A stretch of 64,000 nucleotides of DNA, from assembly GCA_030603365.1 (NCBI GenBank), contig JAUVXV010000004.1, positions 96,001 to 160,000 of the forward strand, written 5' to 3'. Of this stretch, positions 47,121-55,714 are shown one piece after another. The notes under the pieces are model-generated. The model was not told the DNA's origin, searched no databases, and worked only from the letters and a program-made list of their open reading frames with translations. This DNA is from Candidatus Heimdallarchaeota archaeon (GTDB lineage Archaea; Asgardarchaeota; Heimdallarchaeia; Heimdallarchaeales; Heimdallarchaeaceae). How positions within the stretch are numbered: position 1 is the first letter of the stretch; the number at the start of each line of letters is the position of its first letter. The translations under genes were made by a program, and so were the position numbers.

Positions 47121-47792
47121 TTAATCCCTTAGAAATATCTTATCTTCAGTTTTAATCCTTCCAACGCTTAAGTATGGTTTTACTGAAACAATTTGGATAT
47201 CATCTACAGACATCTCACCTATATTCACTTCTCTATACCTTTGTTCAACCTGATCTATCACTTCTTTTGCTTCTTCTGAAGTTATTCTAGCAATAGAAAT
47301 ATGGGGTATATATTCAGGAAAACGTTTTTCTAGAAACGAAAATTCTTCTAACATCCTATTGTAAATACTCCGTAGAACTCGGTTTTTATCAAAAACCTGA
47401 GCATAAATTATTCTTTCAAAACAGTTTAACCCCTTAATCTCCAAATTAAAGGGTGAGAAATCAAGAAGAATATCTTCCATTTTTTGTTTAATTTTGTTAT
47501 AATCAACTTGATCTTTCCAGCCAAATTCACTTAGAGTAATGTGAAAATAGATTGGGTGAAAAAATTCGTGTCTTGAATCAATTCTCTCAATATCTGCTTG
47601 TATATCCTGAATTTTCTTCCAAAGACTAGAATCAACCTTAACAATACTAGCAAGGAATGGTGGATTGGTTCTTTCATTCACCTTCTTACCAAGCCATACA
47701 TAGTTTTTATCCATAGGGGAGATTAAACCCTCTCTAATAATTCTACTATATTTGTTCCAATTCCTTTTATAACCATCAATCTGTTGTTTCAT
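47121..47792 (-). CDS. 2H phosphoesterase (2'-5' RNA ligase family)
   Basis: Two HxT/S motifs: FHITL and PHISIAR. Confidence 0.85.
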   Translation of the reverse strand: MKQQIDGYKRNWNKYSRIIREGLISPMDKNYVWLGKKVNERTNPPFLASIVKVDSSLWKKIQDIQADIERIDSRHEFFHPIYFHITLSEFGWKDQVDYNKIKQKMEDILLDFSPFNLEIKGLNCFERIIYAQVFDKNRVLRSIYNRMLEEFSFLEKRFPEYIPHISIARITSEEAKEVIDQVEQRYREVNIGEMSVDDIQIVSVKPYLSVGRIKTEDKIFLRD

Positions 47793-47877
47793 ATAGATTT
47801 ACCTTGAAATGATTGATATAGCATTGGCACAACTCTTCTTAAGAATGTTGCTGAAGAAAGATTTTCTGTTTTTTTGA

Positions 47878-48000
47878 TTAGAAAACAACATATTCTTCTT
47901 CTGGTAACTGTTTTTCATTAAAAGGCAGGATACCAATTTGTATCAGCAACTCTTCTATTGTTGAAAAAACTATCAACTTCAAGTTTAATTTTTTTCCCAT
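47878..48000 (-). CDS. Possible 40-aa small protein (MGKKLNLKLIVFSTIEELLIQIGILPFNEKQLPEEEYVVF)
   Basis: Clean ATG-TAA ORF with protein-like composition in an otherwise empty gap; no family recognised. Confidence 0.3.
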   Translation of the reverse strand: MGKKLNLKLIVFSTIEELLIQIGILPFNEKQLPEEEYVVF

Positions 48001-48163
48001 CACAGGTTTGTCCGGAAAACAGTGATTGGATTTATGCAATAGATCATCACAAAATTAACAATTTGGTTTACGAAGCACTAGAAAAAAGTAACTAGTAAAA
48101 TAAGAGAATAGAAAAAAAGGTTTAAAAAGAAAAAGAAAGAAGAACGATTGCCGTTATTATATT

Positions 48164-48271
48164 GCCACCCTAGCTCAGTTGGTAGAGCCATCGGCTGTTA
48201 AGACAGTATGGAGCTTCCATTCGGTTACATAAACCGATAGGTCGCAGGTTCGAGTCCTGCGGGTGGCGCCA
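48164..48271 (+). tRNA. tRNA-Asn(GTT) with 37/38 intron (48201-48232)
   Basis: Acceptor GCCACCC/GGGTGGC plus GCCA, anticodon arm ATCGG-CT-GTT-A|A-CCGAT, TTCGAGT T-loop. Confidence 0.93.
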
Positions 48272-48289
48272 TAATTCTTCTCTCTGTTT

Positions 48290-49582
48290 TCAGCTATTTG
48301 CTATCGATTTTAAAGCTTGAAGGAATATTTTTACTTCTTCGAGAGTGTTATAATGAACCAAACTAATTCGGTTAATATTTGGTTTGTTATATACATCTTG
48401 AGCATAGGAATAATAATTACCTGCACGGGCAGCTATCCCTCCTTCTTTCCACAAACGAGCTACAATCACATCCTCAGGTACGTTAGCTACTTCGAAAGAA
48501 AATGTTGGATCTCTCTCACTCAATCTCTTTAGATCAGTTAGACCGTAAACTTTCACCTTGGGCATATCTAGTAAACCAGGTATATCATCAAATCCAGCAA
48601 GTATTGCTCTAGAAAATTCCATTTCATATTTTTCTATTGCATCCATTGCAATCTTTAGAGAGCGTTTATTTTCATCATATTCGGTATATTTTCCTTCGTA
48701 GTTGGTTTGAACTTCACCAGATATCCAATGAAAATGCTCAATTACACCTTTGATAGCTGCAAACATTGCTTGATTTCTAGTTCCCCATTCAAACTTCCCA
48801 GGAGGATCATTAGTTGAAGGCTTCACTTTGAAGGGTTTAAGAGCATCTAGATGTTCCTTTTTACCATAAAGATAACTTCCATGAGAACTAAAAAGTTTGT
48901 AACCTGAAAATACTAGAAAATCACAATCTAAAGCTTGAACATCGGTTTGACCATGTGCAATGTGATGCACAGCATCTACTATGAAGTAAGCTCCAACTTC
49001 TTTTGCCATTTTTCCAATTTCTTCTAACGGTGTTTTTGTTCCAAGCATGTTCGAAGCAGATGTTACTGTTACAACCTTTGTGTTAGAATCTATTATTTCT
49101 TGTAGATGTTTCATATCAAGAGTGCCTTCTTCCATGTTCAACTTCGCATATCGAATTTGTTGGATTCTTCCACGTTCTTCCAATTCAACCCAAGGGCTTA
49201 TGTTTGTATAGTGCTCATAATCGGTAGTTACAACATTTTCGGAACCCGAAAGCTCTTTTCCGATAGCATAACTTAAGTTAAAGAACAAAGATGTCGCTGA
49301 TTCACCTGAAACGATGGTTGACGGAGAAGGAGCATTTAGAAAATCAGCTACTGCTTCTCTCCCTTCCTGAATAACAACTTCAGCTTGTTTAGATTCGTCA
49401 AAGATAGCACCTACATTTGCACTACAATTTATACGGGCTTCAGCTTCAGCTTCTGCTGCTTTATCTACAACAAGCGTTGCTGTACCATTATCAAAAAAAG
49501 CACGTTTTCGACCATTGAAATCAGTAACTGCTCTAGGAAAGGCAGCCCTAATCTGATCTATTAATTCTTGATTGAACATCAT
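48290..49582 (-). CDS. Aminotransferase class V, cysteine desulfurase-like (subfamily lacking the catalytic Cys)
   Basis: FFDNG, EHYTNISPW, VDAVH, FSGYK PLP lysine, RAGNYY in place of RAGHHC, RISLVHYNT. Confidence 0.88.
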   Translation of the reverse strand: MMFNQELIDQIRAAFPRAVTDFNGRKRAFFDNGTATLVVDKAAEAEAEARINCSANVGAIFDESKQAEVVIQEGREAVADFLNAPSPSTIVSGESATSLFFNLSYAIGKELSGSENVVTTDYEHYTNISPWVELEERGRIQQIRYAKLNMEEGTLDMKHLQEIIDSNTKVVTVTSASNMLGTKTPLEEIGKMAKEVGAYFIVDAVHHIAHGQTDVQALDCDFLVFSGYKLFSSHGSYLYGKKEHLDALKPFKVKPSTNDPPGKFEWGTRNQAMFAAIKGVIEHFHWISGEVQTNYEGKYTEYDENKRSLKIAMDAIEKYEMEFSRAILAGFDDIPGLLDMPKVKVYGLTDLKRLSERDPTFSFEVANVPEDVIVARLWKEGGIAARAGNYYSYAQDVYNKPNINRISLVHYNTLEEVKIFLQALKSIANS

Positions 49583-49608
49583 ATGATAGTTTTTGAATCA
49601 TAATTAGA

Positions 49609-50457
49609 TTAAAAGTTTCTGACATAATCACTTAATTGTCCTAAAAACTCTAATCTTTCATCTGGTTTGATATCTCCTCTGGATAAATCAAGTATTACTC
49701 TATGAATTCCATTTTCTTTATATTCATTAATCAGCAGTTCTAAATCTGTATCTCTATAAACATCAACATGAACTGATAAATAGAAATCTCTATCTTTTAG
49801 CCTATTTTGATAAGGCTCAATTATTTGTTTGATTTCCTGCCCACTTGCGCCTGCTGGATGTAATCCATCACCATATTCTATTGCTGTTTCTACCATATAG
49901 TCAGACGTCCCTGCCACAATTAAGGGTAATTCAGAAAGCTCAGGTCTTAATGGTTTAAAGCTTACATTTTGAAACTGATAATATTCTCCTTCAAATGAAG
50001 TTTCACCATTCCATAAGGCTCTAATGATTTGAAGACTCTCACGAAGTTTGCTACCACGTTTCTTGAAATTTTCTCCAAGAAAACCAAATTCAGTTTCATT
50101 CCACCCAGCACCGAATGTCATCACAATTCTTCCATCAGTTAAGTAATCTAAAGTGGCTAGTTGTTTAGCTACGATGATGGGATTTCTTATTGGAAGAACA
50201 AGAGTAGATACTCCAAACTTAATTTTCTTGGTATGTCCTGCAAGAAAAGCTATCGTTGTTAAAGGTTCAGCAATATTATTGTAGAGTGCGGTAGTTGTGT
50301 CACCATAAATCGTTAATCCTTTCTCATCAGATTGCATGATATGATCAACCATCCAAAGAGATTCAAAACCTGCTTGTTCTGCTACTCTTGCGGTTTCAAT
50401 CAAAAAATCTCTTTTTAAGTTAGCATCAAAATTTTCTAATGTATATCCAAATTTCAT
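49609..50457 (-). CDS. LLM class (luciferase-like, probably F420-dependent) oxidoreductase
   Basis: AEQAGFESLWMVDH, RNPIIVAKQLATLDYLTDGR, GAGWNETEF. Confidence 0.9.
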   Translation of the reverse strand: MKFGYTLENFDANLKRDFLIETARVAEQAGFESLWMVDHIMQSDEKGLTIYGDTTTALYNNIAEPLTTIAFLAGHTKKIKFGVSTLVLPIRNPIIVAKQLATLDYLTDGRIVMTFGAGWNETEFGFLGENFKKRGSKLRESLQIIRALWNGETSFEGEYYQFQNVSFKPLRPELSELPLIVAGTSDYMVETAIEYGDGLHPAGASGQEIKQIIEPYQNRLKDRDFYLSVHVDVYRDTDLELLINEYKENGIHRVILDLSRGDIKPDERLEFLGQLSDYVRNF

Positions 50458-50513
50458 TTCAAGTCACTTAATCCATTATCTTAAGATGTTTTTACATCTA
50501 GATGAGATTACCT

Positions 50514-50609
50514 TTATTTCTCAACTCTTTCAAGTTTGAAAATTACAGGCCTTATTCCATCTGGACAAGCTTTGTAAATTATATTTTCAATGAACAGAGG
50601 ATATTGTAC
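50514..50609 (-). pseudogene. Remnant C-terminus of a TIGR04076-like protein
   Basis: Translates ...IYKACPDGIRPVIFKLERVEK* with an in-frame stop just upstream and no ATG. Confidence 0.5.
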
Positions 50610-50661
50610 TTAGACAGTTATAAACCAAACGTTCAAATTTGATTTCTTCTTGTTATAGTTA

Positions 50662-51687
50662 ATGAGCATAAAAGAAGTCGATGTTCTTTGTATTTGGCAA
50701 CCGAATGACAAATTAAAAGAATATTTGGAACAAGGATTAAGCGAATATCCTCAGGTTAAACTCATCTATCCTCCAGATACACAACCGGAAACTTTCCTTA
50801 AATTAGCACCAGAGGTAGATATTATTATGGGATGGAGACCAACATTAGAATTACTTCAAACTGCAAAGAATCTGAAGTTATTCATTAATCCTGGGGCAGG
50901 AGTGCAGCATCTTATTCCTATTTTTCAGGAAGCCACAAAGGAGAAATCTATAATCCTTGTTAATGGACATGGTAATGCTTATTTTACAGCTCAACATACT
51001 GTTGCTCTTCTCCTATCATTGATGAATAAAGTCATTCTTCATCATAATTGGATGGTTGAAGGACTCTGGCGAAGAGGAGATTCTTTCGCTACTTCTATTC
51101 CACTTCGTAGTAAAACAGTAGGTTTGCTAGGTTATGGTGCTGTTAATAGAAGAGTTCACAAATTTCTTTCTGGTTTTGATATTGAATTTGCTATACTTAG
51201 GCAAGATTGGAAGAAACAAAATGAACCCCTTTGTACATCTGTAACAAAGTACGCCTTTGGTGAATTACATAGGTTTTTGGAAGAAATAGATGTATTGATT
51301 ATAGCTGTACCTTTAACCTCTAAAACTGAGGGACTAATCGGAAGAAATGAACTAAAACTCCTTGGAAAAAACAGTTTCCTTGTTAACGTTGGAAGAGGAT
51401 CTGTTATTGATGAGGCAAGCTTATACCAAGCTTTGAAAGAGAAAGAGATTGCTGGAGCAGCAATAGATGTATGGTATAATTATCAACCTGATGAATACGA
51501 ACAAGGAAAGAAATTCCCATCCAGTCAGCCGTTTTATTCTCTAGATAATGTTGTTCTATCCCCACACAGAGGTGCTTCTCCTATGGGAAATCTAAAAAGA
51601 TGGGATGAGCAGATAGAAAATATTAGCCGTTTTGCAAGAGGGGAAAAAGAGTTTATTAACATGGTTAATTTGGAGGAAGGCTACTAG
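50662..51687 (+). CDS. D-isomer-specific 2-hydroxyacid dehydrogenase
   Basis: GLLGYGAV, VPLTSKT, LVNVGRG, AAIDVW, SPHRG. Confidence 0.92.
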   Translation: MSIKEVDVLCIWQPNDKLKEYLEQGLSEYPQVKLIYPPDTQPETFLKLAPEVDIIMGWRPTLELLQTAKNLKLFINPGAGVQHLIPIFQEATKEKSIILVNGHGNAYFTAQHTVALLLSLMNKVILHHNWMVEGLWRRGDSFATSIPLRSKTVGLLGYGAVNRRVHKFLSGFDIEFAILRQDWKKQNEPLCTSVTKYAFGELHRFLEEIDVLIIAVPLTSKTEGLIGRNELKLLGKNSFLVNVGRGSVIDEASLYQALKEKEIAGAAIDVWYNYQPDEYEQGKKFPSSQPFYSLDNVVLSPHRGASPMGNLKRWDEQIENISRFARGEKEFINMVNLEEGY

Positions 51688-52261
51688 AATTTTTCCAAGT
51701 AGTATATTTCTTATTAAAGATTTTAACAAAAGGAAAAGCAAGCGAATAAATAAACAACTCAAAGAGGAAAGATCCTTTTTCAGGGGGTAAACCCTTTAAT
51801 CTACTCTCAAATGCATCTAAGGTGTTTCCTAAGAGATTTCCCATTGTAATCATTTCAATAAAAAGCTGAATATCTTTAGCTTTTTCTTCTCCATAAAATT
51901 CCAGAACCTTTTGCCATGCTTCAGTTGTATTTTTTCCTTCAGCTTCTGCATAATACTGAGCATAAGCTAAAGCTACAACTTCTTCAGGATCACAGGAACT
52001 GAAATCATTAATCATTATTTGCTCTATTTCTTCTTCACTGCATCCTATATCAAGTGCTGATTTAGTGTGACCCCACTCACAATATCTACAACCATTAACA
52101 GCTGTTACTGTTAGAATTATGCGTTTTTCAAATTGTGGACTAATACGACCTGCTTTCTTTGTTTCTCGAATCAAAGGTGTTTTTTTTATCATTCGAAATA
52201 TATCTTGAAAGAAACTTTTGAATGTGTATGATCTTTTTTTGAAATATTGAGTACCATACAT
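51665..52261 (-). CDS. AhpD/carboxymuconolactone decarboxylase family protein
   Basis: VTAVNGCRYCEWGH, ALAYAQ, GNLLGNT. Confidence 0.85.
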   Translation of the reverse strand: MYGTQYFKKRSYTFKSFFQDIFRMIKKTPLIRETKKAGRISPQFEKRIILTVTAVNGCRYCEWGHTKSALDIGCSEEEIEQIMINDFSSCDPEEVVALAYAQYYAEAEGKNTTEAWQKVLEFYGEEKAKDIQLFIEMITMGNLLGNTLDAFESRLKGLPPEKGSFLFELFIYSLAFPFVKIFNKKYTTWKNSSSLPPN

Positions 52262-52356
52262 TGAGAGAAATTTGAAACACAAGATAAAAACATCGCTATT
52301 TAGTAAAAATCATTCAATAATCAGAACTGAAATGAAAAAGAAAAGAAAAAAGAGTG

Positions 52357-53397
52357 TTAAATTTCTGGAAAATGGCAAGCAATATAGTGATTAGGTTCTA
52401 CTTCCTCAAGATCAGGAGTTACTTTAGAACAGATTTCTTGTACTTTGTAACATCTTGGATGGAATGGACATCCTGAGGGAGGATTAATTGGACTTGGAAC
52501 GTCTCCTTCCAGAATAATACGATCCATTTTCAGACGAGGATCTGTACGGGGAATAGCTGAAAGCAGTGAAACCGAATATGGGTGTCCTGTCTTTCGGAAT
52601 AATTCACCTGTTGGAGACATTTCCATTATTTTTCCAAGATACATTACTGCTACCCTATCTGAAACATGTTTGATAACACTGAGATCATGTGCAATAAACA
52701 TGAAAGTTAGATCGAAATCTCCCTGCAAGTCGTGTAATAGGTTCAGGATTTGTGCCTGTACTGAAACATCTAGAGCAGATACGGGTTCATCTAACAAAAT
52801 AACTTCAGGATGAATAGCTAATGCTCTTGCAATTCCTAATCTCTGTCTTTGCCCACCACTAAATTCGTGAGGATATCTTAAAGCATGATAATCTTCTAAT
52901 CCTACTTTAGCAAGCATTTCGAGAACCCTAGCTTCCTTTTCTTCATATAACATGTCTGGAAAATGTATGTCAAAGGGTTCTTTGATTAGATCAAGAACCA
53001 TTCTTCTTGGATTCAAACTGGAATAGGGATCTTGGAATACCATCTGAAGCTGTCTTTTAACTGTAAGTTCTTCTTCCCTAGTCATAGGTTGAAAAATATC
53101 TATTCCTTTGAAATAAACTGATCCTTCAGTTGGTTTTTCAAGCTTAACTGTAACTTTTGCAGTTGTACTTTTTCCACAACCTGATTCTCCTACAAGACCA
53201 AGAGTTTCACCTTTATTGAGGAAAAGGTTTACTCCATCTACAGCTTTTATGTGAGCTACAACTCGAGAAAATAAGATAGATTGTTGGCTAACTGGGAACC
53301 ATTTTTTCATGTTATCAATAGTAATAATTGGTTGAGTCTTTGCATCCCAGCTGGAGAATAGATCAATAGTCTCATATTCTTCAAATGTTGATGCCAT
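52357..53397 (-). CDS. oppF: Oligopeptide/dipeptide ABC transporter ATP-binding subunit
   Basis: GESGCGKST, FQDPYSSLNPR, FSGGQRQR, DEPVSALD, GCPFHPRC. Confidence 0.95.
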   Translation of the reverse strand: MASTFEEYETIDLFSSWDAKTQPIITIDNMKKWFPVSQQSILFSRVVAHIKAVDGVNLFLNKGETLGLVGESGCGKSTTAKVTVKLEKPTEGSVYFKGIDIFQPMTREEELTVKRQLQMVFQDPYSSLNPRRMVLDLIKEPFDIHFPDMLYEEKEARVLEMLAKVGLEDYHALRYPHEFSGGQRQRLGIARALAIHPEVILLDEPVSALDVSVQAQILNLLHDLQGDFDLTFMFIAHDLSVIKHVSDRVAVMYLGKIMEMSPTGELFRKTGHPYSVSLLSAIPRTDPRLKMDRIILEGDVPSPINPPSGCPFHPRCYKVQEICSKVTPDLEEVEPNHYIACHFPEI

Positions 53398-53398
53398 T

Positions 53399-54430
53399 TT
53401 AGACTTCCTCCTTTATCATTGTTCGCTCACGCATAGTTTCTTCACCTATATGAAGGTCTAATTCTTCAAAGTGATGACATGCAACTCTACGGCTCCTGCC
53501 AAAATTATGCTCAGGGGGACGAATACGAGAACAAATTTCGGTGGCATACTTGCATCTAGGATGGAATCTGCAACCTTTTGGTGGATTGATAAGTCTTGGA
53601 ACGTTACCTGGAATTGTTACCAATCGTGTTTTATCTTTCTCTAAACTTGGAATACTCTCGAAAAGTGCGTATGTATAAGGATGTGCTGGATTAAGAAATA
53701 TGTCTTCAGTATATCCTGATTCAACAACTCGACCTCCGTAGAATATGTGCACTCTTTTTGTAATTTCAGCTACTACTCCAAGATTGTGTGTAATGAGCAT
53801 CATACCTAATCCTAGCTTCTGTTGCATCTCCTTAATAATTTCAAGAACTTGTGCTTGAATTGTTACGTCCAAAGCAGTGGTGGGTTCATCAGCAATTAGT
53901 AAACTTGGTTGCAGAGCTAGTGCTCTTGCTATGAGTATTCTTTGCCTCATACCCCCACTGAATTGATGTGGGTAATCAGTTATACGGGTTTCAGGTTCAG
54001 AAATTCCAACTTGATCTAGCGATTCAATAGCTAGCTCTAATGCTTCTTTCTTACTACATTTCCTATGGAGAGCAATAACTTCTGTCATCTGATCAGCAAT
54101 CCTGAAGATAGGATTTAAGCTTGTCATAGGGTCTTGGAAAATCATAGCTATCTCTTTTCCTCTAATTCTTCGCATCTGAAGATCTGGTAATTCAAGTAGA
54201 TTTACTCCTTTGTAGATTATTTCCCCTGAAATTGTTTTTCCATTTTTAGGTAGAATTCTGAGTGTTGAATGTGCTGTCACAGTCTTGCCACAGCCAGATT
54301 CCCCTACAATTCCAACAGGTTCTCCTTTCATAACATCAAAGGATACTCCATCTAAGGCCTCTACTATACCAGATTCGGTGTAGAAATAGGTATATACATC
54401 ATTAAGTTCTAATATTGGTTTTTCGGTCAC
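53399..54430 (-). CDS. oppD: Oligopeptide/dipeptide ABC transporter ATP-binding subunit
   Basis: GESGCGKT, FQDPMTSLNP, FSGGMRQR, DEPTTALD, GCRFHPRC. Confidence 0.95.
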   Translation of the reverse strand: MTEKPILELNDVYTYFYTESGIVEALDGVSFDVMKGEPVGIVGESGCGKTVTAHSTLRILPKNGKTISGEIIYKGVNLLELPDLQMRRIRGKEIAMIFQDPMTSLNPIFRIADQMTEVIALHRKCSKKEALELAIESLDQVGISEPETRITDYPHQFSGGMRQRILIARALALQPSLLIADEPTTALDVTIQAQVLEIIKEMQQKLGLGMMLITHNLGVVAEITKRVHIFYGGRVVESGYTEDIFLNPAHPYTYALFESIPSLEKDKTRLVTIPGNVPRLINPPKGCRFHPRCKYATEICSRIRPPEHNFGRSRRVACHHFEELDLHIGEETMRERTMIKEEV

Positions 54431-54436
54431 TTTGTA

Positions 54437-55699
54437 TCACTCTCTCAATCTTGGATCTAAAGCATCCCTTAATGCATCTCCTAGTAAGTTAAACGCCAAT
54501 ACTACGAAGAATATAGCGAAACCAGGAAGCAAAGCTAACTCTGGATTCGTTTTCAATACTGTTTGTGCATCATTAACCATCTGTCCCCAAGAGATTGTCG
54601 TTGGACTTCCTAAACCAAGGAAAGTCAATCCTGCTTCTGCAAGGATTCCTCCTGCGATAGAGATTGTTGCTATAACAATAATTGGTGCTAAGATATTAGG
54701 CAGAATATGAACTAAGATAATTCGCCTATTACTCGCCCCCAATACTCTTGCTGCATTAACGTAATCTAAATTGTAAATTTGCCGCGTGTTCGCACTTACT
54801 AGCCTACATAATCCCGCCCAACCGAATACACCAAGTACTACGATGATAACGATCGATTGCGGAATTTGTCTCAAGAAAACTAATCTTCCTCTTCTAATGA
54901 AGGAAACAGCTAGAATTGCAATCACAAGAAATGGTAATGCAAGAAACATATCTGTTAATCTCATGATTATTTCTTCTGTCCAACCTCTGTAATATCCTGC
55001 TAAAGCACCTAATGTAACTCCAATCAATACTGCGAGTATTGATGAGAATACTCCAACAGTTAGAGATACTTCACTTCCTGCTAATAATCTTGAGAATTCA
55101 TCTCTTCCTAGTACGTCAGTTCCTCCAGGATATTTTAAGTTAGGATTAGCGAGGGAACCTCCTCCATTCCAAGCATCGAATAAGGGTTCAGTCATTACAG
55201 GACTGAAAGGCATTATTATTGGATAAACTATTGCTAAGATAGTAATTCCAATTACAAGTACGCCAGATAATATCGCCACTTTGTTTTTACTATATCTTCT
55301 CCAAACTAGTGACCATTGGGATGGACTTCTTTCCCTTAGAGTTCCATCTTTTGCAATGATAACTTCTTTCTTAGATGTTGTTCTTTTGTAATATCCCCAT
55401 GCGAATTTGGCGCCAACCCAGATTAGGGCCAATACTACTACGAAAATGAAGTACATATACCAACCTGTTGCTGATCCAAAGCCGACATTCTTTACTGAGA
55501 CCCCAAAAAGTGGTACAATAACTCCAACTACTAATACAATACCTAAAAACTCTACAATATAATTTAGATAGTAATGTTTCCAAAGTATTGCTAGTTTGCC
55601 AACCCAAGACATTGATTTAGGTAATCTGTTTTCTACTAGATATTCGTCTAATCTTTCAGCGAAAGATAATTTTGTTGTTTCTGCTGCTACTCTTTGCAT
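54437..55699 (-). CDS. oppC: Oligopeptide ABC transporter permease with two extra N-terminal TM helices
   Basis: GTDVLGRD, DYVNAARVLGAS, HILPN, EAGLTFLGLG, GDALRDALDPR. Confidence 0.93.
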   Translation of the reverse strand: MQRVAAETTKLSFAERLDEYLVENRLPKSMSWVGKLAILWKHYYLNYIVEFLGIVLVVGVIVPLFGVSVKNVGFGSATGWYMYFIFVVVLALIWVGAKFAWGYYKRTTSKKEVIIAKDGTLRERSPSQWSLVWRRYSKNKVAILSGVLVIGITILAIVYPIIMPFSPVMTEPLFDAWNGGGSLANPNLKYPGGTDVLGRDEFSRLLAGSEVSLTVGVFSSILAVLIGVTLGALAGYYRGWTEEIIMRLTDMFLALPFLVIAILAVSFIRRGRLVFLRQIPQSIVIIVVLGVFGWAGLCRLVSANTRQIYNLDYVNAARVLGASNRRIILVHILPNILAPIIVIATISIAGGILAEAGLTFLGLGSPTTISWGQMVNDAQTVLKTNPELALLPGFAIFFVVLAFNLLGDALRDALDPRLRE

Positions 55700-55714
55700 T
55701 TTTCATCCACCTTA

